From the NCBI GenBank assembly GCA_013265495.1, contig MU058009.1:1304001-1368000 (forward strand): a stretch of 64,000 nucleotides of DNA, given 5' to 3'. The notes below the pieces were generated by a model, which was not told where the DNA came from, ran no database searches, and saw nothing but the letters and a program-made list of their open reading frames with translations. Shown here one piece after another: positions 12,481 through 23,160 of this stretch; within the stretch, counting starts at the first letter, position 1, and each line of letters opens with the position of its first letter. Source of the DNA: Vicugna vicugna (Eukaryota). The position numbers and the translations under genes are program-made.

Positions 12481-15169
12481 GGGCCAGTGGAGACCATGAC
12501 GCAAGTGGCTCGGGGCCTTGGAGCTGTTCACAGCTGCGTACACAGGGCTAGACGCCAGCCCTGGCCTGGGTGCGAGGCAAAGGGGTGCGAGAGAAGCAGA
12601 ATTAAAACCCGGATTAGTCTTTCTCTCAAGTCCATACCCTTTCTTTTGCCGCCCATTCCTCCACATTATAGATGCCTCCTGACCTAAAGTGGCTTCTCTG
12701 AATCGGAAGCACAGCACAGGGCCCACCTTCCAACCCTCTGAGGATCTCTACAGATCGTATATATTCATAGAGTAGTTACGACCCTCTCGAAGACACATGG
12801 CCTTATTACTGCTACAGTCTCGGCTTCATTTATTTAACCTGTGTCTAAACTGCATAATTTGCCTTATTTCCCACGTGAGTATTACAGTGCTAAAGTCGAA
12901 GTTAAAAGCAACACGACCCTCTGAAGTGCAGTGCATTAGATCATCACAGCCCAATTTAGAGACTAATTTCCTTAAGACACCATTTCTTTAAAACCGAGAA
13001 AAGCACCTCCTTTGTGAACGCTTTCAACTGCAAAGGGCGGCTTCTAATCCCAACGAGGCGACCCGGGAGGGCCTGCACACCCCAGAGGCTCGGGTTCGCC
13101 TCTTTCCTTTGTTGACTCCGCGCAGTGGGCCCAGGCAGGGCTACATCGGGTCAGCGTCTGCTTCGTTCTAGTTCTGTGGGTCTCTTTGATTCATGCCTGG
13201 TTCACCGCCTTCTTTCTCTAACTCTCTCCAGGGCAGTAGTCCCCGGTCTCCTTTCTAGTTGAGCCTCTTAATAAGTCCTGAGCACCTGATGGAGCTCCCC
13301 GGGTGCCGTGGTCCACAGTGGGCAAAGTCATCGTGGTCGCTCCACCCCAGGTGTGTCATGACTGTCCTTGGCCGGATGTTGGACGCCTCCCTCCTACATC
13401 TCTAGAAACATGAGCAGAGCATCATTCCAAACGGGGTTAGGGGAGAATTTCCCGAAATGTGGGCTTTGGATACTTGCTCCCTCTGTGGTCACCTTCCTGG
13501 TCAGTATTTGAGAAGCACGACGTACTCTGCTTCTTGGCTCAGAGATCAGCATCGCATAACAGCACGTTAGATGCTACGAGAAATTCTGCAGTAGAGAAAT
13601 GTGTTTGGTTTTTTTCAGCCCGGCCAATTCTTAACTTCTTTGACCATGGAACTGTGTTTTCCAGTGAACACTAATTAACACCTTCAGCTCTGGTTGTTCA
13701 TGGAACATACTTTCCAAAAAAGGCCAGATGAGAGAACTCCTTGTTTTACCTAAGAGCGCTCCTTGTCCCCAGATTTCAAGGGCAGGGACTAACCTGAAGA
13801 TAACCTCAAAGACAATCAGACTTGAAATGCAGCCCTTTGTTCTGAACCTCAGTCAAAGTTCTCACATCCTCACGTGCTCATTGTTGGTGCTGTCCCCAGT
13901 GCTAGCACTGAAATGCCATTCAGGTCTTGGCTCAAATATTTAAATCCACAGAGAGAACTTGCCTGATACCCCTGGCTTAAGTCTCATTATTAAGAAAAAA
14001 ATTGCCGGAAGGATGTAATAACATCCACTGAGATGGGAAGAGTTATGGCATTTTGAGACTGAGTGGAATTTATAGTGTCTTCTTTATTTCTTTCTGTGTT
14101 TTCAGAGTCTCCTATTAACATTTTTAAAATAGAACAAAAATGTTCTTAACTAAAAAGAGGAAAAGAAGGTTCCAGAAAACCCTCACTGATCTCTTTGAAG
14201 TACTCATTTTTAACTTCTCCAGTGTCTCCATATATCTTGCTTGTCCCCTTTCAAAGCCAATCCATAAACTTTATGAGTTTCATTGCTTTTCAACATTTTA
14301 TTTGCTTCTCATTCCATATAGAAAAATCTGCAGATGTTTTAACTTTACACACTTACTCATGCCATCTGGTGTTCTGAAACTTCACCCAAATGGTGTCTCC
14401 TGACCCGTGGGATTATTGTCCTGTAACTAAACCAGCATTGCCCTCAACATGTCTTGCCTCAACTAAAAGCAAGGTCTGGTTTCCACCTATGCCTCATGTC
14501 TCATTCACTGTAATAAATGCCTGCTCTCATCTGCTGAAAACATAGCTGTACACATTTGACTTCAGGTGTATTTTTTAAAAATTCAATTCATTACAACATA
14601 TATATTTAAGTGGAATATATCCCTCTATCAGGTTCTGGATTAAAATAGACTGTTCCAGATCATTCACTGAGTGAGCAAGTAACTGCATGACCCTAATAGT
14701 AAGACGGCCAGAAGATCAATGTATCCAAGTATAAGACCCACAACCCCATCCCCGCTGTGTGCTCAGGGTTTCTATGATGCTGATAAGTGTCTTAAGCTGG
14801 GAAATTCAGTCAGAGCCAATCCTCTTTTCATGATCTCTCTGCAGCAGCAGAACACTGGCTGGAGAGCAGACATATTATCAAGGCCTGCACATACTATCAA
14901 GACACGTGGACCTTGATAATATTTGCAGCATCTTTGTATCCTGTGCCAGACACGTGCTACCTCGCTGCCACCATTGTGGCACTGAGCCCTCACTTAATGA
15001 AGCACCCCACTTAATGGAAGTGCTTCAGCCGAATGGGTAGGCCCTGAACCTAGAAGTCCAATTCCCATAACTTCAGGAAGTTCTCAGAATTGGCCAGGAC
15101 TCTTCTGGATAAACTTTGCTTAAACTGCTGCCCCCAAAATTGGAGATAGATGGATACAGATCATCATGG

Positions 15170-17840
15170 CTTACCAGAGCAGCAGCCCAGGAATGGAAGT
15201 CCTCCTTGGGAACCAGCCCCACAGTAGACCTTAAACAGTTACTGATGAATTTCTAGAGGCTCGGAATAGACTATCTCAAGAGTTAAAAATTCCAGGGGGC
15301 TCCAGTTTTAGGGGAATCGCCACATTTTCATGAGTTTTACCTCCAAGTGTCCCACGGGTTGTCAGAGTGAAGAACTGAGAAATATCCCCCCGTGCTTCCC
15401 TCAGGAAGAAGAGAAAAGCAACCGTCTGAAATAAGCCCAGAGCGTTCTGTTGTCTTTAACCAAAGCCTGCCTTCAAGGGAAGTGATCTGATCAGAGCCTA
15501 ACCACCTTGTGCTCTACCGGAGGCTAGCCAACCTAGGGGAAGGGAAATACCTAGCTAAGCCTACTGTCCCCCCCTCCCCCCGCAGGGGAACAGAAACACC
15601 CAGCTGCATTCTTCTTTAGCTTTCCTGTGTCCCTGAAGGAGAAAAGAGACTGAGAAACACCGTCAGGATCACCATCAGGAATCACTAAAAGACTGACCGT
15701 AGGACTACAGAAAGTTTCCTACCCTGTACGCTCACTACGGCATCAGTAGGGATCCCATATAGTAACAGGTGTTATAAATAAAAGAAGTGCCAGTCTCAGA
15801 ATGCATTTAAGAAAAGGTTCCCAGGAAAACCCAAAGACATCAAACAAGAACAAGGACACTTAGGAAATTTTAGCCTCTGACACCTATACCTACAGTAAAG
15901 AGTTAACATAGTCTAAATTCTAGCCAGAAAAGCTTAAAACCTCACAATAAATGCCAATCTGCCTGTCCTTTTTACCCAAAACACCATATTCAGTATTCAA
16001 CAAAAAAGTCACAAGGCACACTAGAAGACAAAAAAAACAAAATGTGATTTGAAGAGATAGGTCAAGTATCAGAACCAGGCACAGATATGGTGGAGATTTT
16101 GAAATTATTAGACAACTTAAGATAACAGTGATGAAAATATTAAGGACTCTAAACGAAAAAGTGAGCAACATTCAAGAGCAGGTGAGCAATGTAAAAGCAC
16201 AAATGGACACTCTATGAAAGTATCAAAAGGAAATGCTAGAAATCAAAACCACTGTAACAAAAACGAGCAATGTCTTCAATAAGCTCATAAGTAGACTAGA
16301 CATGGCGAGAGAAGAGTCAGTGAGCTTGAAGACGCATCATTAGAAAGTTCCCACATTGAAAATCAATAAGAAAAAAAGATTTGAAAAAACCAATATCCCA
16401 AAACTATGGGAAAATTAAAAGTATGCAACATACGTGTAACGGGGACACCAGAAGGAGAAGAAAACAATTGAGAAGTTATAAAGGCTGCGAATTTTCCAAG
16501 CCTGATGATGGATACCAGACCACAGATGCAGCAAACTCAGAGAATATCAAGGTAGGTAAATACCAAAAAGTGTACAGCTAGGCATATAATATTCAAATTG
16601 CTCAAAACACAAACAAGGAGAAACCCTCCAAGAAGCCAGAGACAAAGGTGTGCATAATTTACTTATGGAGAAAGAAGGTTAAATATTGCATTGAAATTTT
16701 TATTAGAAGCCATGCTAGCAAAAGGAAAAAAAAAGTGAAATATTTAAACCGTTGAAAGAAAAAAATTCAACTTAGGATTCTACACAGAGTGAAATTTTCC
16801 TTCGAAAGTGAATGAGAAATAAAGACTTTTCAAGACAAGTAAAAACTAAGAGAATATGTTGTCAGTACATCTACCTTTTAAGAATGATTAAAAGAACTTC
16901 TTCAGAGGGAAGAAAAATGATATGTCAGAAATGTGGATCTACACAAAGGAAGAGAATTCTAGGAAAATAAAAGTAAAATAAAATCTTCTATTTAACGTAT
17001 TCTATTGATCTATTAAATGCTTGCTTAAATTAATAATAGAAACAATTTATTGGGTGATCGTGGCATACACATAAATTAAATGAATGACAGCAATGCTACA
17101 AGGGATGAGTAGGACCCTCAGTTACAAGTAAAAAAGTTCTAAGTAGGAATAGCCAATTATACCTGCACGACAAATAAAGTGGAACAATGTTATTAGAAAA
17201 TGGACTTAGATTATAAGCCGGAAAGTGAAAGAAAATACCGTATGGTATCACTCACATGTAGCATCTCAAAAAAGAAAAAAGAAGACACTAATGCCCTCAC
17301 CTACAGAACAGACACAGACTCACAGACACAGCCAACAATCTTAGGGTTACTGGTGGGAAAGGGGGTGGGAAGGGGTAAGTTGGCAGCTTGACATTTGCAA
17401 ATATTAATAGTTTCTATAAAACAGAGAAACAAAAGTTTCTTCTGTAAATCACAGGGAATTATATTCAGCATCCTGTAGTAACCTATAATGAAAAAGGATA
17501 TGAAAACAAATGTATGTATGGATATGCATGACTGACACATTATGCTGTAACCAGAAACTGACACATTGGAAGCTGACTGTAGCTTCAATAATTAATAAAT
17601 AAATAAATACATAGAGTGGACTTAGATTTATTGTAAATGTATATTGAAAACTCAAGGGCAATTTAAGATTTAATTTGAAAAATTAAATTAATTTGAAAAG
17701 AGAGAAATTAGAATAATAAAAATTGCTCAGATAAAACCACAGAAGTCAGAAAAAAAAAGTGGGAGTTGAAAAAAGTGAAACAAATAGAAAAATCATAATA
17801 AATATGGCAGATGTTAATCAAATTATATCTTTAGTCACTG
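15170..17840 (+). mobile_element. old L1 (L1MC-like) 5' UTR + ORF1 + start of ORF2, degenerate
   Basis: 5' UTR motifs ('ggaagtcctccttgggaaccag','gagttttacctcc'), ORF1 motifs ('gaaatgctagaaatcaaaacc','agtgaaattttccttcgaaagtgaatgagaaataaagact') and ORF2 start-like 'atggcagatgttaatc'; many stops and frameshifts. Confidence 0.85.
17213..17612 (+). mobile_element. younger 5'-truncated cetartiodactyl/camelid L1 3' end nested in the old L1
   Basis: ORF2 C-terminus (KYRMVSLTCSI), 3' UTR, (ATAA)n tail, TSD tggacttagatt at 17201-17212 and 17617-17628. Confidence 0.9.
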
Positions 17841-18359
17841 TCTGCATGTACAGATCCCAGCCCAGACCTGTGATGCAGAAGTAAAAACAAACCCCGCCTC
17901 ATTTCTTTAGGGGTGTCTCATACACGAGTTTTTACTTTATATTAAATTGTTATTTCTGAAGACAGAAGTTTTAAACTTTTTTGAGCAGCAATACTGGCCT
18001 GGCTTCAAACCAGCTACACTAAGAAACTCAAAGAACTGTAAGACCCCTGCTCTACAGAGATCCTCACAATTTAGTTGGGGGAGAACAGGCCGTAAACATG
18101 GGGGAGATTCACCAGCTGTAAAATAAAAGTACCAGTTCTGTAATACAACTGGAGGCGAAGGCAGTGGGCGTGACTGCCGAGGGACGAGGACAGGCAGCAT
18201 CGTGGCGCTCAGGAGATGCCTCGTCGCTTCAAGCCGGGCTGACCGGGGGAGGCCGCGGGGCCTAGTGTCAGGGGGGCCGGCACAGAGTCTCCAGACCTGA
18301 CTGAGTGTCCAGGAGTCGGAAGCCGTGGGGACGAGGGGCTCCTAGGGAAACACGTAACA

Positions 18360-18590
18360 GGAACAACAATAACGATGCGTAATATTAAGTGACGTCTCCA
18401 GAATGCTGCACGGGTGCCAGGACCGCTTCACGCACATTCCTGTTTTAGTCTCACAACTGCGGTCCGTGGCCTGTAGAAAGGTCATCTCATTTTACAAACG
18501 TGAAACCTGAGTGTCTCTGGGTTGCTCAGCGTGAGAGGGAAGTGGCCAGCCTCCAGCCCACGTCTGCAAGACTGTAGATCACATACCGCC
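18360..18590 (-). mobile_element. MIR SINE (CpG-rich copy)
   Basis: 'tctcacaact...tcatctcattttacaaacgtgaaacctgag' antisense MIR core. Confidence 0.6.
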
Positions 18591-18604
18591 AGCCTCTGCT
18601 GCGG

Positions 18605-18800
18605 GAGGGCACAGGCTTTGAAGTCAGGCAGATCCAAGTGTGAATCCGAATTCACCATCTCTGAGGTGAGTGATCATCTGGGACAAACAGCCTGACATGA
18701 ATGGCATGTCCGTGCCCGCCTCCCAGCGGAGCCAGATGGGGAGAGTCAGGGATGCTCATGGAAGTGCCTGGTGTGCACGAGGAGTGTCCTACATGCAGGG
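18605..18800 (+). mobile_element. MIR SINE
   Basis: 'gcacaggctttgaagtcaggcagatccaagtgtgaatcc...gtgatcatctgggacaa'. Confidence 0.6.
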
Positions 18801-20119
18801 CTTCCTCGTCTGTGCCTGTGGCCAGGCCGCCTGCTGATTCCCTTTTAGCCAAATTGATGATGTTTTTAACTTTAACCTCCATCCGGGAGGCCAGCGTGAG
18901 TTGTCCCACAGTGTTCCTTCCAGCCTGCTGGGGTTCGGGCTCTGCGTGCTGATCCGAGTAGGGAGCAGGCAGACCTCAGAAGCCTAATTTCTGGACTGGC
19001 TCGCCTCACCCAGAGGATCCTTCCAACGGCATATTTTGGGGAATGTTTCCACTCCTTTCCTCTTCCTCCTCCCAATCAGCACGCCAGCACACCCTTTAAA
19101 ATGCCCTCAGATCCAGCTTCCACCAGACCGCCTAACAGTCGAGCTAATTAACGATCTGCCTGCGCCCTCCCAGCCTACCTGTGCACTTCCCGTGGTTTAA
19201 AGGAATGGGGAGTAGGGAGCAGCGGGGAGGACCTAGGGCTTCTGGGACTTGACCCTGAAGCTGTCTGAACTTCAAGAGTCAAAGCAAATCCAGGGGAAAA
19301 AAATGGCAGATTCTGTTCTAACATCAGCCCCCAATCAATACGGTACAATTTCATAGCTCATTATTCCTGTGCCAAGGCACAACTCAGGGGGAGGTGGGGA
19401 CAGGGATGGAGGCTGGGAGGAGGGGCCAGGGGAGAAATCATATGGAAGCAATTAGTGGAGCCTTCATTCAAAAAAGCATTAAGGTGCTTGTAGCACTGAA
19501 GCCCAAGTGACCCCTACGCTGGGACCATAATTCACCAACACTCAATACCATTTACTCTGCAGATGTGCATTTTATACAGAAATATCAGCTTACCACTTTG
19601 AAAAATTAACCTACTGAAGGCTGTCAAATTCTGACGCCCTCGTGGGGGTATTATATATTGTCTGCCCAGGTCTCAGTTTCGCCTTTTACCCCCAGAATCA
19701 AGGATGCCTTGGTTAATTGGGAAATGAGGTGACCAGCAACGGTGGGGGGCAGTAGAGAAAGGAAGACACAGATAGAAATGCAAGTTTTCCTAAGGAGAAA
19801 ATAGTCTTTTTTTCAGTTCCAAAACACAAGCTTTTTTTTTTTTTTTTTTGGTGTCGGGGGGAATAACCACCCCCGCCCAGACACAGCTGCACACTCTGTG
19901 TGTACAAGTTCTAAGTCAGAAAGTCCAGATCTGAAGAAGATGAAGAAAGGAGTGATCATGCAGAGGAGGTATGGCTAAGAGTCTTAAAGAGCCCAAATTG
20001 TGATTTAAGCAAAGACTTTCCATTATAATGGGGTTAATGAGCCCATGACTAGTGCATGAATCTTATTTGGTTAAATGCATGTGTTTTATTTTTCTAAAAG
20101 AGTGTAATGCCAGTGAAAA

Positions 20120-20710
20120 AAATTCAATGGACATCAATTTGTACCTATCCAATTGGTATTTAAAAGTATGAATAGCCAGTGCTTTCAAGGCGGGCAGAAA
20201 TGGGGACCCTCTGACAACGAGGTGGAAAACGAGTTTAACAAAATAAAACCTTCCTGTAGAATAATTCAGTAATCAGTATCAAAGACCTTAAACATGTGCA
20301 TGTGTAAGATCCAGCAATTTCAGCTTCTAGGAATTTTATAATAAAAATAAGGAAGGATATGGAATTTGATGTAACCTTCATTGTAACTTTGTTTTATAAA
20401 CAGGACAACTGGATAAAAGCAAAGGCCCTACAAAGGGAACTGGTTAAATGTGGCACACGTGTGATGTGATTAAATACACTCCTTGCATGATAAGAAATAG
20501 TATAGGAACAAAAACAGTATAGGAACAGCAGACCAGTATCAGGTGATTTCAAATATCAAATAATCTAGCATCGTGTCATTGAATAATATGCTGTGACTAA
20601 CTAGGCTTTTTCCCGGAACAGAAAGATATTGTGTCAGGAATCTGTCAGTGTAATACATTTCTGTAACAAATTAAAGAAATTATCAAAATGCTTCTGAAGG
20701 CAGGTCCTAA
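20120..20710 (+). mobile_element. old L1ME ORF2/3' fragments
   Basis: 'aaacatgtgcat...gatccagcaatttcagcttctaggaattt', 'ggaactggttaaatgtggcac'. Confidence 0.6.
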
Positions 20711-21204
20711 AAAAAAAAAAAACTCATGCTTTAGAAAAACATTTACCAACATCAACAAAATTTTCAGGTTGACTTTCTAGCAGATCACAAAACCAAAAAA
20801 CAAACAAACGAAAAACCAAGCTGCAGATCTCGGTATTTGCGATCTGTCTCCAGAGTCTGCAGATCTATCACGTACGTGAATGTGTCAATGACTGAATCAC
20901 GTTAACAGTGCCCTTGGCTAGTGAGAGAAACAGTTCCAAGCTTGTGTTGTGGTAGCATTTGCTTCCTCATTGACCAAGTCCTCTCCTAGTCCAGGAAGGC
21001 AGCCTTAAGCCAAATGATGAGGTTGGTTTCACTGTCTTCAGAGCCATCCCCTTTCTTCCCAACTGGGCCTCAGTCTCAAGTCTCTTGAGCAGTTCCTCTA
21101 CCCATAGTGTTTCCAGCCTCTGAACACGACTTGCCTTAGCTCCCTGCTGCTGCCCAGTCTCCCCTCCTGATCTGTCCTTTGGACAGAAATCTCTAGCTCT
21201 CGGT

Positions 21205-21400
21205 GCTGCTCTAGGTCAGACTTAAGGAGGAATCCCAGCTCTACAAACTTTGGCAAATGATACTGTCTCTCTGAACCTTGGTGCCCTCTCTATAAAATAG
21301 AAACCCAATGGCTGCCTCCTAAGGTTGCTGTGATCAAATTAAATAAGAAAATGCATGAAATGAGCTTGGTCCTAGAACAGATCAATGTTAATTATTAGAT
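21205..21400 (+). mobile_element. MIR SINE
   Basis: 'gaatcccagctcta...ctctctgaaccttggtgccctctctataaaatag...aaggttgctgtgatcaaattaaataaga'. Confidence 0.75.
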
Positions 21401-21604
21401 CGCCTTAAGTCATGACCATCTACTGGTTCCGTTTTAGCAGGTGTCGTTCTACTGGCTCCAGGTGGTCCACATTTCATGCAGTGTTTCCCCACAACCAGAG
21501 ATGCTCCTTCCCCGAGTGTGACCAGGACTACAGACAGCCACAGGAGGACAAGCTAGTGACCTCTGGCATTTCACAGTCCCAGTGTCTGCATTTCCCTCTG
21601 TCAG

Positions 21605-21973
21605 CAAGTGTTCTCAGAATCGGCTACACACTGAAATGACCCAGGGAGTTTTTTAAAAGTACAGATGCCCAGATCCCGTCCCCAGAAATGTTGATATAAT
21701 TGATCTTGGGATGTGTTTCTCAATATGAGATCCCTGAACCAGCAACACACCCTCATCCAGGAAGGTGCTAGAATTGAAAAGCCTCAGACCTCACCGCAGA
21801 CCCACTGAATCAGAAACCCTGCGGGCGGGCGGGGCCCAGCTGTCCGTGTTAACAAGCCCGCCCAGGGGTTCCGATGAGCGCTCAGGCTGGTCAACCACCA
21901 GTCTAGGCTGGAACTTGGTCATCTACCGACGCCGCTGGTGATTCTGATTTGCATCCAGCTTTAAGAACCACTG
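21605..21973 (+). mobile_element. MER5B-like hAT MITE, split by MER5A
   Basis: 5' half 'gttctcagaatcggctacacactgaaatgacccagggag', 3' half 'ggtgattctgatttgcatccag...agaaccactg'. Confidence 0.75.
21711..21900 (+). mobile_element. MER5A hAT MITE
   Basis: 'cagacccactgaatcagaaaccctg...ggggcccagc...ttaacaagccc' matches MER5A; about 190 bp. Confidence 0.85.
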
Positions 21974-22391
21974 CTCTAGACCCACTGCCCCCTTTCTATT
22001 TCTGAGAAATCCTGAGTCTTTTGTGTCTCCAGCCTCACTTTCCTATGAGTCAATGGCTTCTGTGGAAATAGTTTTCTCTTATTTCTAGGTGGAGTGACAG
22101 GCTGACTCAGGGATGTCAAATTCTCTGAACCACTGACAAGTGGACCAAAGCACTGTCCTCCAGCGCAGCTTCTAGTGAGTTGGTCAACTGGGTGTCTCAG
22201 TCAGGGCCAAGAGAGGGAGAAGTCAGCGGGGCCAACAGAAACAGTAGGACAGGTTAGAAGGCAACCAGCTCAGACGATCTGCAACAGCCTTGAAATACAA
22301 AGCTATTGCTTTACATCTGAGCCCTTTGCTTTCGTGCGACGGAGTCCACAGTAGGTTGATGGCTTATTCAGTTTTTATCCAACATGTCTTT

Positions 22392-22540
22392 ATTTTATTT
22401 TATTTTTAAAATTTTTTTAAATTGAGTTACAGTCAGTTTACAATGTTGTGTCAATTTCCAGTGTAGAGCACAATGTTTCAGTTATACATGAACATACGTA
22501 TACTCACTGTCACATTTTTTTTTCCTCTGGGAGCTCCCAC
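22392..22540 (-). mobile_element. short camelid-type L1 3' end
   Basis: T-rich tail, 'gtttacaatgttgtgtcaatttccagtgtagagca'; TSD atccaacatgtcttt (22377-22391) / atccagcacgtcttt (22541-22555). Confidence 0.88.
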
Positions 22541-22589
22541 ATCCAGCACGTCTTTAAAAGACATCCACAGCAATCATAGTCCTGGTGGG

Positions 22590-22740
22590 GGAAACTGCAT
22601 GTTTGACTGGAAAGAGCCTGGCTCAGGTAACTCAAGTCTTGACTGAAGTCCAGTGCTGGCTTTGCTGTTAAAAGATGCATCAACTTGAATAATTCTCTTG
22701 TTCTTTGGGGCCTCAATTTTGTCATCTGTACAATGACTGC
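22590..22740 (+). mobile_element. MIR fragment
   Basis: 'tggaaagagcctggctc...gggcctcaattttgtcatctgtacaatg'. Confidence 0.65.
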
Positions 22741-22989
22741 TAAGGACCATTTTTCACGTGGTAGGGCTTCAAGAGACTTCTACAGTCTTTTTCAACAAAG
22801 TTCGAATGCTGAGACCTGGCTGGGAGCTGAATGTGAGGACAAAGACGGTGACTGCCCTTCTAAAACCCTTTATGGAGTCTGCTTCCCAGAGTTCACGAGA
22901 CTCACCTTGCGTCACAGTTTATCTGTTTAGGTGATCAAACTGCCTTACACTTATTTTTCCCACTTAGAAGGCATGGTTGACAGGCTATT

Positions 22990-23160
22990 CCGCTAACCCT
23001 CCCAGGCACCCTGAAGTAGATTAACAGCCCCATTTCACACATGAGGAAGCTGAGGTCAGGACAAAGGGACTTGACTGCAAACCATATGTCAGCAACTGAG
23101 CACAGTAGCAAAGTTAACTTTGGAACTCACATCTTCTTTCTCCTTTCCAGCTGAACTATT
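22990..23160 (-). mobile_element. MIR fragment
   Basis: 'cccatttcacacatgaggaagctgagg'. Confidence 0.7.
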
